Below, one piece after another: positions 9,073-18,611 of a DNA stretch of 64,000 bases. The notes under the pieces were generated by a model, which was not told the DNA's origin, did no database searches, and saw only the letters and a program-made list of their open reading frames with translations. Both the position numbers and the translations under genes were made by a program. Source of the stretch: Candidatus Shapirobacteria bacterium (lineage in GTDB: Bacteria; Patescibacteriota; Microgenomatia; UBA12405; JAUWLS01). The first letter of the stretch is position 1. Each line of letters begins with the position of its first letter. The stretch covers positions 27,355-91,354 of the forward strand of contig JAUWLS010000001.1 of the NCBI GenBank assembly GCA_030613565.1, given 5' to 3'.

Positions 9073-11304
9073 ATGGAATCACAAAATAAAGATTTTTGGC
9101 TAATAGTCATTGAGGAAAAAGAGATAATTGTCAGCCTGGTCTCTCGTCCAGAAGGTAAACTTCAGGTCCGTGGCATAGGAGAAAAACAAATTTGGTCTGG
9201 AACTGATGAGAAAGAACTTATCTCAGCTGTCGACATCTCCCTAAACACCTGTTCTGAAATTTGCCACTTATCAGAGGATCAGGAACCTGACAGTGTCGCC
9301 TTCATCATTTCCCCTTTCTGGGTAGATGAAGAAGGAGAAATCATTTCTTCCAAAGCCGAACTTCTAAAAAAGCTCTGTACTCAGTTTGATTTTAAGCCCC
9401 TGGGTTTTATCATCGACGATGAGGCCATTGCTCAAGATTCTGATCAAAAAGGAAGTATTTCAAACTCCTTTATTCTTATTCATCTTTCTGCCACTGAATT
9501 TAGAATCTCTCTTATTCACTTGGGAAAAATAAAAGCCCGTGCTAAATATACCCACAGCGGTGACTTAAGTCCAAAAGAACTAGAAGAAGCTATCTCTAGT
9601 CTAGAAACTCAAGTCACTCTTCCTCCTCAAATGATTTTCTGGGGTAAAACTAGTCCCACTCTTGAAGACCAAATGATCAATTATCCCTGGACAGGAAAAA
9701 GGGGTTCTGTTGGATTCCTGCACTTTCCAGAAATCAAACTGATTGATGACCAAGCCCTCTTTTCTACCTTCTCTCAAGTTGTTACTCAAGAACTAGGGGA
9801 GCTTCCCAAACCTCAGGTGGAAGAAGAATCCAAATCCAAAGAAAAAAAAGAGCCAAAAGAAGAAGTTGGTAAAAAAGAATTTAAAACTGATAAGGTCCAA
9901 GAACCAACCCCACCCGCCACTTCCGAAGAAGATGACTTTGGTTTCATTGCAACCGATATTGCCAAGTTCCCTCCTGCCAAAGATCTTCCTTCTGAAAAGA
10001 TTAAAAAAGAATTGGTGCCAGGTACCCCCCTTGTCATAGATGAAATTAGCCCTGTTCCAACTCAGCCCAGTCTTTTAGAAACTGACCCCCTTGCCTCTAC
10101 TGATCCAGCTCCCCCTTCAAAACCTAAAAGGAAATTTTCCTTCAAGCTCCCTAAACTTAAACTTCCTCGTCTCCCTCTTCTTTCTTTCTTAAAAAAGAAA
10201 CCCGCCCTTTTGATTCTCTTTATAGTACTTCCCTTGGTTGGTCTCGTTCTCTCTTGGTACTTTCTTCCCAAAGTAAACATTGTTCTCTATGTAAAACCCG
10301 AACCTCTAGAGTTCACCACCAGCGCCACTTTTGATCCTGACGCTCAGTCTGTAGACAAAGAAAATCTAGTCATTCCTGTAAAACAACTCTCTTTTTCCAT
10401 AACTGAAACTCAAGAAGTTCTTTCAACCGGAGAACTAACCATTGGTGAAAAATCCAAAGGAGAAGTAAAGATTCAAAATCGTACTGACGAGAGAGTAACT
10501 CTTACTAAAGGCACTGTTATAAGTACTGAATCCGGGCTTTCTTTCACTCTTACTTCCGAAGTCTCTGTTGCCAGCAAAACTCCCGACTTCGAATTAGGGA
10601 CAGACCTGTGGGGAGAAACTAAAGCCATGCTTCAAGCCACCCAAATTGGTGCTGCCAGTAACCTTGCTCAAAACACTCGTCTCACTATTAAGGATTACAC
10701 CCAATCTCAATTTATTGTTACTGCTACTGAATCTTTCACTGGAGGTTATGCCGAAACTGTTCAAGCTGTCAGTAAAGAAGACCATCAGGAATTAAAAGCT
10801 CGTCTTATCTCTGCTATGGAAGAAAAACTCCCCCAAATTCTTCCTGAAAAAACCTCTCCTCAAGATCTTTTGCTTCAAAACTCTACTGAAACCGAAGTGG
10901 AAGACATTGAATATTCCCGAGAGGTAGGGGAGAAAGCCCAGTCGGTTTCTGCTACTGCCACCCTGAATGTCACTCTTCAACTTCTCGATCAAGAAACCCA
11001 ACAACAAGTCATCGATGCCTTCTTGAGCCCCACCATCTCTTCCGACCTCACCATTAACCCCGACAGTATTAGCATTACTGTTTCAGAAGATGAGGTCTCT
11101 ATTTCCGCCAGTGCCATCCCTCAACTCGATGCCGAGTCCATTAAGTCCGACCTTCTAGGTCTTTCTGAATCCAAAGCCGAGTCTCTTCTTCAATCTCTTC
11201 CTCGAGTTTACCGTTATACTACAGCCTTTAGTCCTGATCTCCCTCCACCTTTAAAAACCATGCCCCACTCTCCCAAAAACATTAGTCTCGATATCCAATA
11301 TTAA
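9073..11304 (+). CDS. Hypothetical bitopic membrane protein (about 370-aa N-domain, KE-rich linker, TM, about 350-aa Ser/Thr-rich exodomain); paralog of 23370..24947
   Basis: Central TM PALLILFIVLPLVGLVLSWYFL. N-terminal FWLIVIEEKEIIVSLVS resembles TIVWVQKDSVSIFLLGK of the paralog. Its stop overlaps the sortase start. Confidence 0.6.
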   Translation: MESQNKDFWLIVIEEKEIIVSLVSRPEGKLQVRGIGEKQIWSGTDEKELISAVDISLNTCSEICHLSEDQEPDSVAFIISPFWVDEEGEIISSKAELLKKLCTQFDFKPLGFIIDDEAIAQDSDQKGSISNSFILIHLSATEFRISLIHLGKIKARAKYTHSGDLSPKELEEAISSLETQVTLPPQMIFWGKTSPTLEDQMINYPWTGKRGSVGFLHFPEIKLIDDQALFSTFSQVVTQELGELPKPQVEEESKSKEKKEPKEEVGKKEFKTDKVQEPTPPATSEEDDFGFIATDIAKFPPAKDLPSEKIKKELVPGTPLVIDEISPVPTQPSLLETDPLASTDPAPPSKPKRKFSFKLPKLKLPRLPLLSFLKKKPALLILFIVLPLVGLVLSWYFLPKVNIVLYVKPEPLEFTTSATFDPDAQSVDKENLVIPVKQLSFSITETQEVLSTGELTIGEKSKGEVKIQNRTDERVTLTKGTVISTESGLSFTLTSEVSVASKTPDFELGTDLWGETKAMLQATQIGAASNLAQNTRLTIKDYTQSQFIVTATESFTGGYAETVQAVSKEDHQELKARLISAMEEKLPQILPEKTSPQDLLLQNSTETEVEDIEYSREVGEKAQSVSATATLNVTLQLLDQETQQQVIDAFLSPTISSDLTINPDSISITVSEDEVSISASAIPQLDAESIKSDLLGLSESKAESLLQSLPRVYRYTTAFSPDLPPPLKTMPHSPKNISLDIQY

Positions 11305-12053
11305 TGTCCTATCTCTACGTAAAAACAACTAAAAAATCCCGCCCCCAAGTTTTAAACAGAAAAGGAAAGAAACTTCTTTCCCTTACTCTTCTTCTTTTTG
11401 GACTCTTTCTTTTGGGCTCTGCAGTTTATCCAATTTTAAGTTACCAACTTTCTTATTCCTCAAAATTTTCTTTAATTCTAGATCCCCGTTCAGCTCAGTC
11501 TTTCAACCAAAAACTTCAGAGAGGATCAATTGATGTTTCGGCCAAAGAGATTGACCCAAAGGACTACTCTCTTATCTCTTCCTGGTTTGAAACCAATCCG
11601 GATACCAATCCCCAAGAAACCAGAAGAACCACTAATGTCATTTCTCAATATTCTCTAGCCATCCCTAAACTGGACATTAATCATGCCGCCGTCCGAACCG
11701 ACAACCAAGATCTTAAAAAATCTCTCATCCAGTATCCCAACACCGCTCCTCCCGGACAACTGGGAAACACTGTTGTTTTTGGTCACTCCGTCCTTCCTCA
11801 ATTTTATGATCCCCAAAACTACTACACTATTTTCTCCACCCTCTATACTCTAAAACTCGCTGACCCCATCTATATCACCTACGACGGCATTACCTACACC
11901 TATCGAATTGAAGAAATCTTTGAAGTTCTCCCTACTGATCTCTCTGTTTTAGAACAACGCTTCGACAAGCGCTCTCTTACTCTTATCACCTGCACTCCCC
12001 CTGGAACCTACTTAAAACGTCTCATAATTAAGGCTCGTATAGTAGACTACTAA
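11304..12053 (+). CDS. Sortase (transpeptidase) family protein
   Basis: N-terminal signal anchor, catalytic His in VVFGHS, and TLITCTP (TLxTC) catalytic Cys motif. Confidence 0.8.
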   Translation: MSYLYVKTTKKSRPQVLNRKGKKLLSLTLLLFGLFLLGSAVYPILSYQLSYSSKFSLILDPRSAQSFNQKLQRGSIDVSAKEIDPKDYSLISSWFETNPDTNPQETRRTTNVISQYSLAIPKLDINHAAVRTDNQDLKKSLIQYPNTAPPGQLGNTVVFGHSVLPQFYDPQNYYTIFSTLYTLKLADPIYITYDGITYTYRIEEIFEVLPTDLSVLEQRFDKRSLTLITCTPPGTYLKRLIIKARIVDY

Positions 12054-12054
12054 G

Positions 12055-12420
12055 ATGAATCTTCTATCTATCGATTTTGGCACCAAACACATCGGCCTTG
12101 CCATCTCTATAAAAAACATCATCTCTCCTTTAAAGACCATTCCCAACGATAAAACAACCATAGAGGAAATTAGGTCAGTTTGTGACGAGTACCAAATTGA
12201 AAAAATAATCATGGGCCTCTCTTCAGGCAAAACCGCCAAACTCACTCTAGAGTTTACAACCCACCTAAAAAAAATGTTAAAATTACCAGTAGAGACTGTA
12301 GACGAGACTCTCTCCACCAAGGAGTCCTGGTCCACTTTAAAAACAAAATCCCTTAAAAAATGGAAAGAGAAGAAAGATTCTCTCTCTGCCGCCCACATTT
12401 TAAAAAGGGTTGTTCTCTAA
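12055..12420 (+). CDS. ruvX: Putative pre-16S rRNA nuclease / Holliday-junction-resolvase-like YqgF
   Basis: LLSIDFGTKHIGLAIS N-terminal RNase H-like motif; about 120 aa. Confidence 0.75.
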   Translation: MNLLSIDFGTKHIGLAISIKNIISPLKTIPNDKTTIEEIRSVCDEYQIEKIIMGLSSGKTAKLTLEFTTHLKKMLKLPVETVDETLSTKESWSTLKTKSLKKWKEKKDSLSAAHILKRVVL

Positions 12421-12475
12421 AATTAAAAATTACACAAAACCAAAACCAGACTTAAAACTCTGTTTTTTAAAATAA

Positions 12476-12676
12476 ATGTTTAAAAACGTAATTTCTCCCA
12501 TCCAAGCTTGGTTACTTTCCCAAGGTCGCTGTGTCGGCTGTGGTAATCCTTTAAAAAAGGGTAAATCAGAGAATCGACAAGATGGTACCAAAAAGGTAAC
12601 CTGCAAATGTGGTCGCATCTTCATCCATGATCAAAAATCAAAAACACACCGCCGTGCCCTCTTCGAAGAAATCTAG
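12476..12676 (+). CDS. Small zinc-ribbon protein (CxxC..CxC)
   Basis: CVGCGNPL...CKCGRIF. Overlaps the mltG start, so it is uncertain. Confidence 0.3.
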   Translation: MFKNVISPIQAWLLSQGRCVGCGNPLKKGKSENRQDGTKKVTCKCGRIFIHDQKSKTHRRALFEEI

Positions 12677-13637
12677 ACCCAACCCATTTTTTCAGATCCT
12701 CCCTTCTCTCCTCACTATTTCAGTCTTTCTTCTTCTGCTGACTTTTTTCTATCTTAAAAATGGCCTTCAACCTGCCGATCCCAATGGTGAAACCCGTGCC
12801 TTTGTTGTCAATCAAGGTGAGGGCCTTTCCACCATTATTAAACGTCTTGATAAAAACGGCCTCATTAAAAACCCTCTCTCTTTCACTCTCCTTGCTTATA
12901 AGCAAGGTATGCAGACCAATCTTCAGGCCGGTTCCTTCAATCTCTCTCCTGCTTTTACACCACAGCAAATGCTTAAGACCTTAACTACTGGTCGTCAGGA
13001 CTATTGGTTAAAAATCACCGAAGGCTGGCGTCTTGAAGAAGTTGAAACTTATCTTGAAAGCCTTGGATTTGAAAAAGAAGAAATCGCTATTCTGACAAAA
13101 ATTGAAGAAGGAGCCCTCTTTCCTGACTCCTATCTTGTTCCTAGAGACTACACTTTAGAAAACATTCTTCCCCTAATTGATAAAAACTACCAAAAAAAAC
13201 TAAAAGAAGCTAAAGCCGGTGGTACTGCCACTCTCACCGACCAAGAAGCTTTAATTCTTGCCTCCATCATTGAAAGAGAGGCTCGTACTCTAAAAAGTAA
13301 ACAGCTAATTTCTGGAGTTCTTCAAAATCGACTTGATATTGGTATGGCTCTCCAAGCCGACGCCACCGTCCAATACGCCAAAGATTCAAAAATCATTCCC
13401 CAAAAGTACTGGCAGCCCATTACCAGAGCAGATCTTGCTTTTGACTCCCTCTTTAATACCTATCTTCAACCCGGCCTCCCCCCTGCTCCTATTTGTAATC
13501 CTGGATTTGATTCTCTTTACGCCGCCTTTCACCCCACTCCCTCCGACTACATTTACTACATAACTGGAAACGATAACCTTATGCACTACTCAACCACTCT
13601 CGAGGGCCACAATGCTAACATAAGTGAATACCTCTAA
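12609..13637 (+). CDS. mltG: Endolytic murein transglycosylase MltG/YceG
   Basis: Signal-anchor TM followed by a YceG domain (..NQGEGLSTIIKRLDKNGLIKNP.., LQAGSFNL). The start may be the internal ATG at 12627. Confidence 0.75.
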   Translation: MVASSSMIKNQKHTAVPSSKKSRPNPFFQILPSLLTISVFLLLLTFFYLKNGLQPADPNGETRAFVVNQGEGLSTIIKRLDKNGLIKNPLSFTLLAYKQGMQTNLQAGSFNLSPAFTPQQMLKTLTTGRQDYWLKITEGWRLEEVETYLESLGFEKEEIAILTKIEEGALFPDSYLVPRDYTLENILPLIDKNYQKKLKEAKAGGTATLTDQEALILASIIEREARTLKSKQLISGVLQNRLDIGMALQADATVQYAKDSKIIPQKYWQPITRADLAFDSLFNTYLQPGLPPAPICNPGFDSLYAAFHPTPSDYIYYITGNDNLMHYSTTLEGHNANISEYL

Positions 13638-14343
13638 GATGCACATCAAAAACAAGGTCGCTATTATTACAGGAGCCAGTTCAGGTTTAGGAAGAGCTCT
13701 CTCCATTGAACTTGCCAAAAGAAAAGTTGGAGTCTGTCTACTTTCTCGTTCTGAAAAAAAACTAAAATCCTTAAAAAAAGAAATTGAAGGTACGGGAGGC
13801 AAGGCCATAATTTGTCCTCTAGACATCAAAAATCCTCAAGAGATCAAAATTGCCATAAAAACCATCCACAACCTTTTTTCTAGAATCGACATCCTTATAA
13901 ACTGTGCTGGAATCTACACTGAAGGTAACTTAACTGACCACACCATAAAACAAATCAACGACCTTATTGATACCAACCTTAAAGGAACTATTTTTACTAC
14001 CCACGCCGTCCTCCCGTATATGCAAAAGCTAAACTTCGGCCACATTGTAACCATATCTTCTACTGCCGGAAAACTACCCAAGAGAAACCAAACTCTCTAT
14101 TCCACCACCAAGTACGCTCTCAATGGTTTTCATCAAAACCTTCAAAAGGAATTAAAACCCACCCGTATAAAATGCACTGCAGTCTATCCTAGTAAGATGA
14201 ACACTTCTCTTTACAAAAGTGCCAAGATAAAGAAACAAATGAAAAACTACTTAGACCCTGAGGATGTAGCTAAATTAATCGTGGACACCATGGACCAACC
14301 TCAAAACCTTATTGTGGATGATCTGACCATCAAGAGAAATTAA
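13624..14343 (+). CDS. Short-chain dehydrogenase/reductase (SDR)
   Basis: KVAIITGASSGLGRA Rossmann motif; YSTTKYAL catalytic YxxxK. The likely start is the ATG at 13639. Confidence 0.8.
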   Translation: MNTSKMHIKNKVAIITGASSGLGRALSIELAKRKVGVCLLSRSEKKLKSLKKEIEGTGGKAIICPLDIKNPQEIKIAIKTIHNLFSRIDILINCAGIYTEGNLTDHTIKQINDLIDTNLKGTIFTTHAVLPYMQKLNFGHIVTISSTAGKLPKRNQTLYSTTKYALNGFHQNLQKELKPTRIKCTAVYPSKMNTSLYKSAKIKKQMKNYLDPEDVAKLIVDTMDQPQNLIVDDLTIKRN

Positions 14344-14378
14344 CCTTAACTACCCATTCTTTTCTTAGAAACCAAACA

Positions 14379-14654
14379 TTAAAGAAATGCCGCGACTGCA
14401 GTTGCTGTACCTAAAATTAGTGCTAAAAGGTTGGGAACCAGTATAAACCAGTCTTTTTTACCATATGCATACAACCCCCAGAAAAGTCCATTAAAAACCG
14501 TTGCTAGTGGTTGAATAAAAATTTCACTTCTTCCCTGAATATTTGAAACAAATACTTCAAACAATGAAAAGAACATCACTGCAGACATGAAAGAGGCTAT
14601 ACCCCCAATTACCTTCTCATTCTTCTTTAACCTTTTTTGAAGCAAGTTCGTCAT
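14379..14654 (-). CDS. SemiSWEET/MtN3-like 3-TM small membrane protein
   Basis: 91 aa with three TM segments. A conserved Trp (LFWGLYAYG) in TM2 and Asn (VPNLL) in TM3 match the SemiSWEET binding pocket. Confidence 0.45.
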   Translation of the reverse strand: MTNLLQKRLKKNEKVIGGIASFMSAVMFFSLFEVFVSNIQGRSEIFIQPLATVFNGLFWGLYAYGKKDWFILVPNLLALILGTATAVAAFL

Positions 14655-15206
14655 GCAATTTATCTTAACATGGGTAATATATATCTTTTTATGACCTGGC
14701 TTAAAAATAGATTTTTCCCCTCATATACCTTATGATGCAAAGCATGAATCAAATACGAGAACTCTTTGACAGAAGAAGAGTTAGGGGAGAGAATATGGCA
14801 TTGAAGTTTCCACACATTATTCCTACAGAAAATAACTAATATTCAAATGCCAAGAACCAGAAACTCAGAAGGACAAAGGTTACCATAGACAAGCAAGATT
14901 TTACGCCAGGGATCCAGACACCTCTAGTCTTGGAGGAGAAAGAGCTTATAATCATTTGGTAGGTTGTCGTACCTGCCAGACTAGAATTCAGGCTGCCATA
15001 GACAAGAATCCTCGTACAATCTATCCAGAAAGAACAGCTCAAGAAGTAATCCAACGAGTCAAACCTTTCAGTAGTCACTGGAGTTGGTAAAAACCCTAGA
15101 CTTTTCTCCTTTTTACCTTTAAAATACCCAAAGGTGCTAATTTCACCAATTTGCCTGTTGACCCGATGATTCAAAACATATAGAATACTTGCGCCCTAAA
15201 CCAAAT

Positions 15207-15241
15207 ACGGACTAATTCCAAAAAGTCCGTTATTTTTTTTA
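15207..15241 (+). terminator. Intrinsic terminator (ACGGACU-loop-AGUCCGU plus U9) upstream of rpoB
   Basis: Perfect 7-bp stem followed by a 10-nt T-run. Confidence 0.5.
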
Positions 15242-15275
15242 TCAAATCTAAAAATTAACCTAAAAATTTTAATAA

Positions 15276-18200
15276 ATGACAGCGGCCAAAAGAACCAACT
15301 GGGGAGAAAATTTCAAAAACCTTCCTGAAGTAGACCTCGTTGAAGTTCAAAAATCGTCCTGGAAAGTTTTTCTCGAAAAAGACCTTAAAACCATCTTCGA
15401 AGGCCTCTCTCCTATCACTGATTACACTGGCAACAACTGGTCTTTAGAACTCGGAAAACTCTCTATTGGCGAAACTGCTATCACTCCTACCCAAGCTAAA
15501 GAAAAAGGACTTTCTTACTCCCTTCCTGTTCGAATCAATACTATTCTAACTAATAAAAGAACTGGTCGTGCTAAAGAAGAAGAAGTATTTCTAATCAATC
15601 TCCCTCAAATGACTCCTGAGGGAACTTTCATCATCAATGGTATCGAAAGAGGTATTATCTCTCAACTAGTTCGTTCTCCCGGAATCTACTTTACTGGTGA
15701 ACAAGATCGTTCCACCGGAAAAATGCTTTTCAAGGCTGAAATTAGACCTGTTCATGGTTCTTGGCTTGAATTCTTCGTTGGTCGAAAAAACGTCATCTTT
15801 GCTCGAATTGATCGCCGACGCAAATTCCCCGCTACTATCCTATTAAGATCTGCCTTCCCTTTTTCCGACAAAGACCTTACTAAAGAATTTTCTGAATTCA
15901 TCATTCCCACTATTGAATCTGATTCAGCCAAAACCCAAGAGGAAGCTCTTCTTGAGTTCTATAGAAAACTACGTCCTGGTGAACCAGCTGTTTTGGAAAA
16001 CGCTCAAAACCTCTTCACAGACCGTTTTTTCAAGAAAAAGACCTATGAATTAGGCCGGGTTGGTCGCTACAAAATCAATAAAAAATTCGGTTCTAACCTA
16101 GACGACAAAAATGAAGAAAATTGGGTCCTTCATCAAGAAGACCTGATGAATACCGTTAGATACCTAATTAAACTTCAAAAAGGTGAAGAAAAACAAATTG
16201 ACGATATTGACCATCTTGGTAATCGAAGACTCCGTCAAGTTGGTGAAATCATCAGTCAAATCGCTCTTAAACCTGCCACTCTCCGCTTCGAGCGCATGAT
16301 TAAAGAAAAGATGAGTCTTGCTTCTACTAAAGAAAAGGTCAATCCTTCCCAAATCATTAATCCTCAACCCTTCACCTCTGCCTTAAACACCTTCTTCAGA
16401 AGCAACCAATTATCTGCCATTCTAGATCAGACTAATCCTTTGGCTGAACTTGATCTTCTTCGTCGAATTACTGTTGTTGGACCAGGTGGTTTAAGCCGAG
16501 AAAGAGCCTCCTTCTCTATAAGAGACGTTCACGGCTCACAATATTCAAGAATTTGTCCTGTTAGATCTCCTGAGGGTCCCAACATTGGTCTTGTCACTTA
16601 TCTTGCTCTTTATGCCAGAATCAATGATTATGGTTTCTTAGAAGCCCCCTATCTTCCAGTAAAACACCAAAAAGGTAAAGCCAAAATTGCCCTCAAACCC
16701 GTCTATTTGTCAGCCGATGATGAATACAATCATTACATTACTCACCGCGGAATCGAAATCAACGACAAAAACGAAATTACTCAAAAATGGGTACCTGTAA
16801 GATATCAAAACGAATTTTTCGAGTCTGCTCTATCTAATGTTGAATACATCGATCTTGTTCCTAGACAAGTAATTGGAACATCCGCTTCCTTGATTCCTTT
16901 CTTAGATCACGATGATTCCACCCGTGCACTCATGGGTTCCCACATGCAATGTCAAGCCGCTCCTTTAGTCAAAACATCTCGTCCCATTGTTGGTACAGGA
17001 ATGGAAGGAGACATAGCCGCCGCCTTAAACAGAATTGTCCAATCCCGACATGAAGGTAAGGTAATTTGGGTTGACGCTAATAAAGTTGTTCTTAAACTCA
17101 AGAAAAAAGCCGATCTTAAGGTTGAACTTCCTGATTGGATCGAGCTAGATAAAACCGGTAAAGAAGCCACCTATCACATCAAAAAGTTTAAACGAACTTC
17201 TCCTTATGGAACTTGTTACAACCAAAAAGTAATTATTAACCTTGGTGACGAAATCAAACCCAAAGACGTCCTTGCTGATGGTCCTTCATCTGACCAGGGA
17301 GAACTCGCTCTTGGTCAAAACCTTTTAGTTGCCTACGCTTCTATTGATGGACTAGGTTACGAAGACTCTATTCTCATTTCAGATCGCCTTGTTAAAAAGG
17401 ACCTCTTTACCTCTATCCAAATTGCTCAATACGAAGCTCAAGTTGTTGAAACCAAGCTCGGTCCTGAAGAATTAACCAAAGACATTCCTAATGTTTCTGA
17501 TGCTGACCTTGCCCGACTTACTGAAGACGGCATTGTTATGGTTGGAGCCAAAGTTGGACCCAACGATATCTTGGTTGGAAAAGTAGAACCTAAAGGAGAA
17601 AAAGAACTTACCGCTGAAGAAAGACTTTTAAGAGCAATTTTCGGTGAAAAAGCCAGAGAAGTTAAAGATACCAGTCTTCGAGTGCCCAACGGTGAAGGTG
17701 GAATTGTCATTAGTGTTTCTATTCTTGATCGAGATAAAGGTGATGAACTTGATCCAGGAGTCAACAAAGTTGTAAAAGTCTACGTTGCTCAAATGCGCCA
17801 AGTCCAAGAAGGAGACAAGGTCGCTGGTCGTCACGGAAACAAGGGTGTTATCAGCCGAATCATGGCCGAATATGATATGCCTCGTCTTGAAGATGGAACT
17901 CCAGTAGACATTGTTATCTCACCTCTTTCTGTTATTTCTCGTATGAATCTCGGTCAAATCCTCGAGTCTATTCTTGCTTGGGCCGGACACAAACTAGACA
18001 AACACTACGCTGTTCCTGTTTTTGAAAACTATCCTGAAAGTAAAATTGCTAAAGAACTAGTAAAAGCTGGTCTTCCAGCTGATGGTAAAACTACTCTCTA
18101 CGATGGTCGAACCGGAGAAGCTTATGATCAAAAAGTCCTCTGTGGTTACGGATACATTCTTAAACTAATCCACATGGTCGACGATAAAGTCCACGCTCGT

Positions 18201-18608
18201 TCCACCGGACCTTATTCTCTAGTCACTCAACAACCTCTTGGTGGTAAAGCCAGAATGGGTGGTCAACGTCTTGGAGAAATGGAAGTCTGGGCTCTAGAAG
18301 CACATCGAGCTGCCTACATGCTTCAGGAAATGTTAACTCTAAAATCCGACGATATTGATGGACGTACTCGTGCCTTCCAATCCATTATTAAGGGTCAAAA
18401 GATCCCCCCTCCAACTCTCCCTGAATCATTCATGGTTTTAGTTAAAGAACTTGCTGGATTAGGAATCAGTGTTACCCCAGAAGAGGTAACCTACCTTCCT
18501 AAAGAAACTTTAACCCTCAATGACGAAGAGAAGTATTCCAAAAAAGACAAAGAGGAGAAAGATTCTGACAGAAAAAAGGATAAAAAATTAAAAAAGGATA
18601 AAAAATAA
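15276..18608 (+). CDS. rpoB: DNA-directed RNA polymerase beta subunit, with a Lys-rich C-terminal tail
   Basis: Full-length RpoB signature regions, e.g. GQRLGEMEVWALEAH. Confidence 0.95.
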   Translation: MTAAKRTNWGENFKNLPEVDLVEVQKSSWKVFLEKDLKTIFEGLSPITDYTGNNWSLELGKLSIGETAITPTQAKEKGLSYSLPVRINTILTNKRTGRAKEEEVFLINLPQMTPEGTFIINGIERGIISQLVRSPGIYFTGEQDRSTGKMLFKAEIRPVHGSWLEFFVGRKNVIFARIDRRRKFPATILLRSAFPFSDKDLTKEFSEFIIPTIESDSAKTQEEALLEFYRKLRPGEPAVLENAQNLFTDRFFKKKTYELGRVGRYKINKKFGSNLDDKNEENWVLHQEDLMNTVRYLIKLQKGEEKQIDDIDHLGNRRLRQVGEIISQIALKPATLRFERMIKEKMSLASTKEKVNPSQIINPQPFTSALNTFFRSNQLSAILDQTNPLAELDLLRRITVVGPGGLSRERASFSIRDVHGSQYSRICPVRSPEGPNIGLVTYLALYARINDYGFLEAPYLPVKHQKGKAKIALKPVYLSADDEYNHYITHRGIEINDKNEITQKWVPVRYQNEFFESALSNVEYIDLVPRQVIGTSASLIPFLDHDDSTRALMGSHMQCQAAPLVKTSRPIVGTGMEGDIAAALNRIVQSRHEGKVIWVDANKVVLKLKKKADLKVELPDWIELDKTGKEATYHIKKFKRTSPYGTCYNQKVIINLGDEIKPKDVLADGPSSDQGELALGQNLLVAYASIDGLGYEDSILISDRLVKKDLFTSIQIAQYEAQVVETKLGPEELTKDIPNVSDADLARLTEDGIVMVGAKVGPNDILVGKVEPKGEKELTAEERLLRAIFGEKAREVKDTSLRVPNGEGGIVISVSILDRDKGDELDPGVNKVVKVYVAQMRQVQEGDKVAGRHGNKGVISRIMAEYDMPRLEDGTPVDIVISPLSVISRMNLGQILESILAWAGHKLDKHYAVPVFENYPESKIAKELVKAGLPADGKTTLYDGRTGEAYDQKVLCGYGYILKLIHMVDDKVHARSTGPYSLVTQQPLGGKARMGGQRLGEMEVWALEAHRAAYMLQEMLTLKSDDIDGRTRAFQSIIKGQKIPPPTLPESFMVLVKELAGLGISVTPEEVTYLPKETLTLNDEEKYSKKDKEEKDSDRKKDKKLKKDKK

Positions 18609-18611
18609 AAT

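Noticed and set aside
14836-15174. Minus-strand 112-aa ORF in the rpoB upstream gap
   Set aside because: Non-protein-like composition, no RBS or promoter context, and it is antisense to a region that ends in a strong + strand terminator.
16164-17834. Antisense ORFs inside rpoB (16164..16367, 16952..17170, 17438..17767, 17628..17834), and similar ones inside rpoC, fusA and tuf
   Set aside because: They lie entirely within well-supported conserved genes on the opposite strand and have no motifs.
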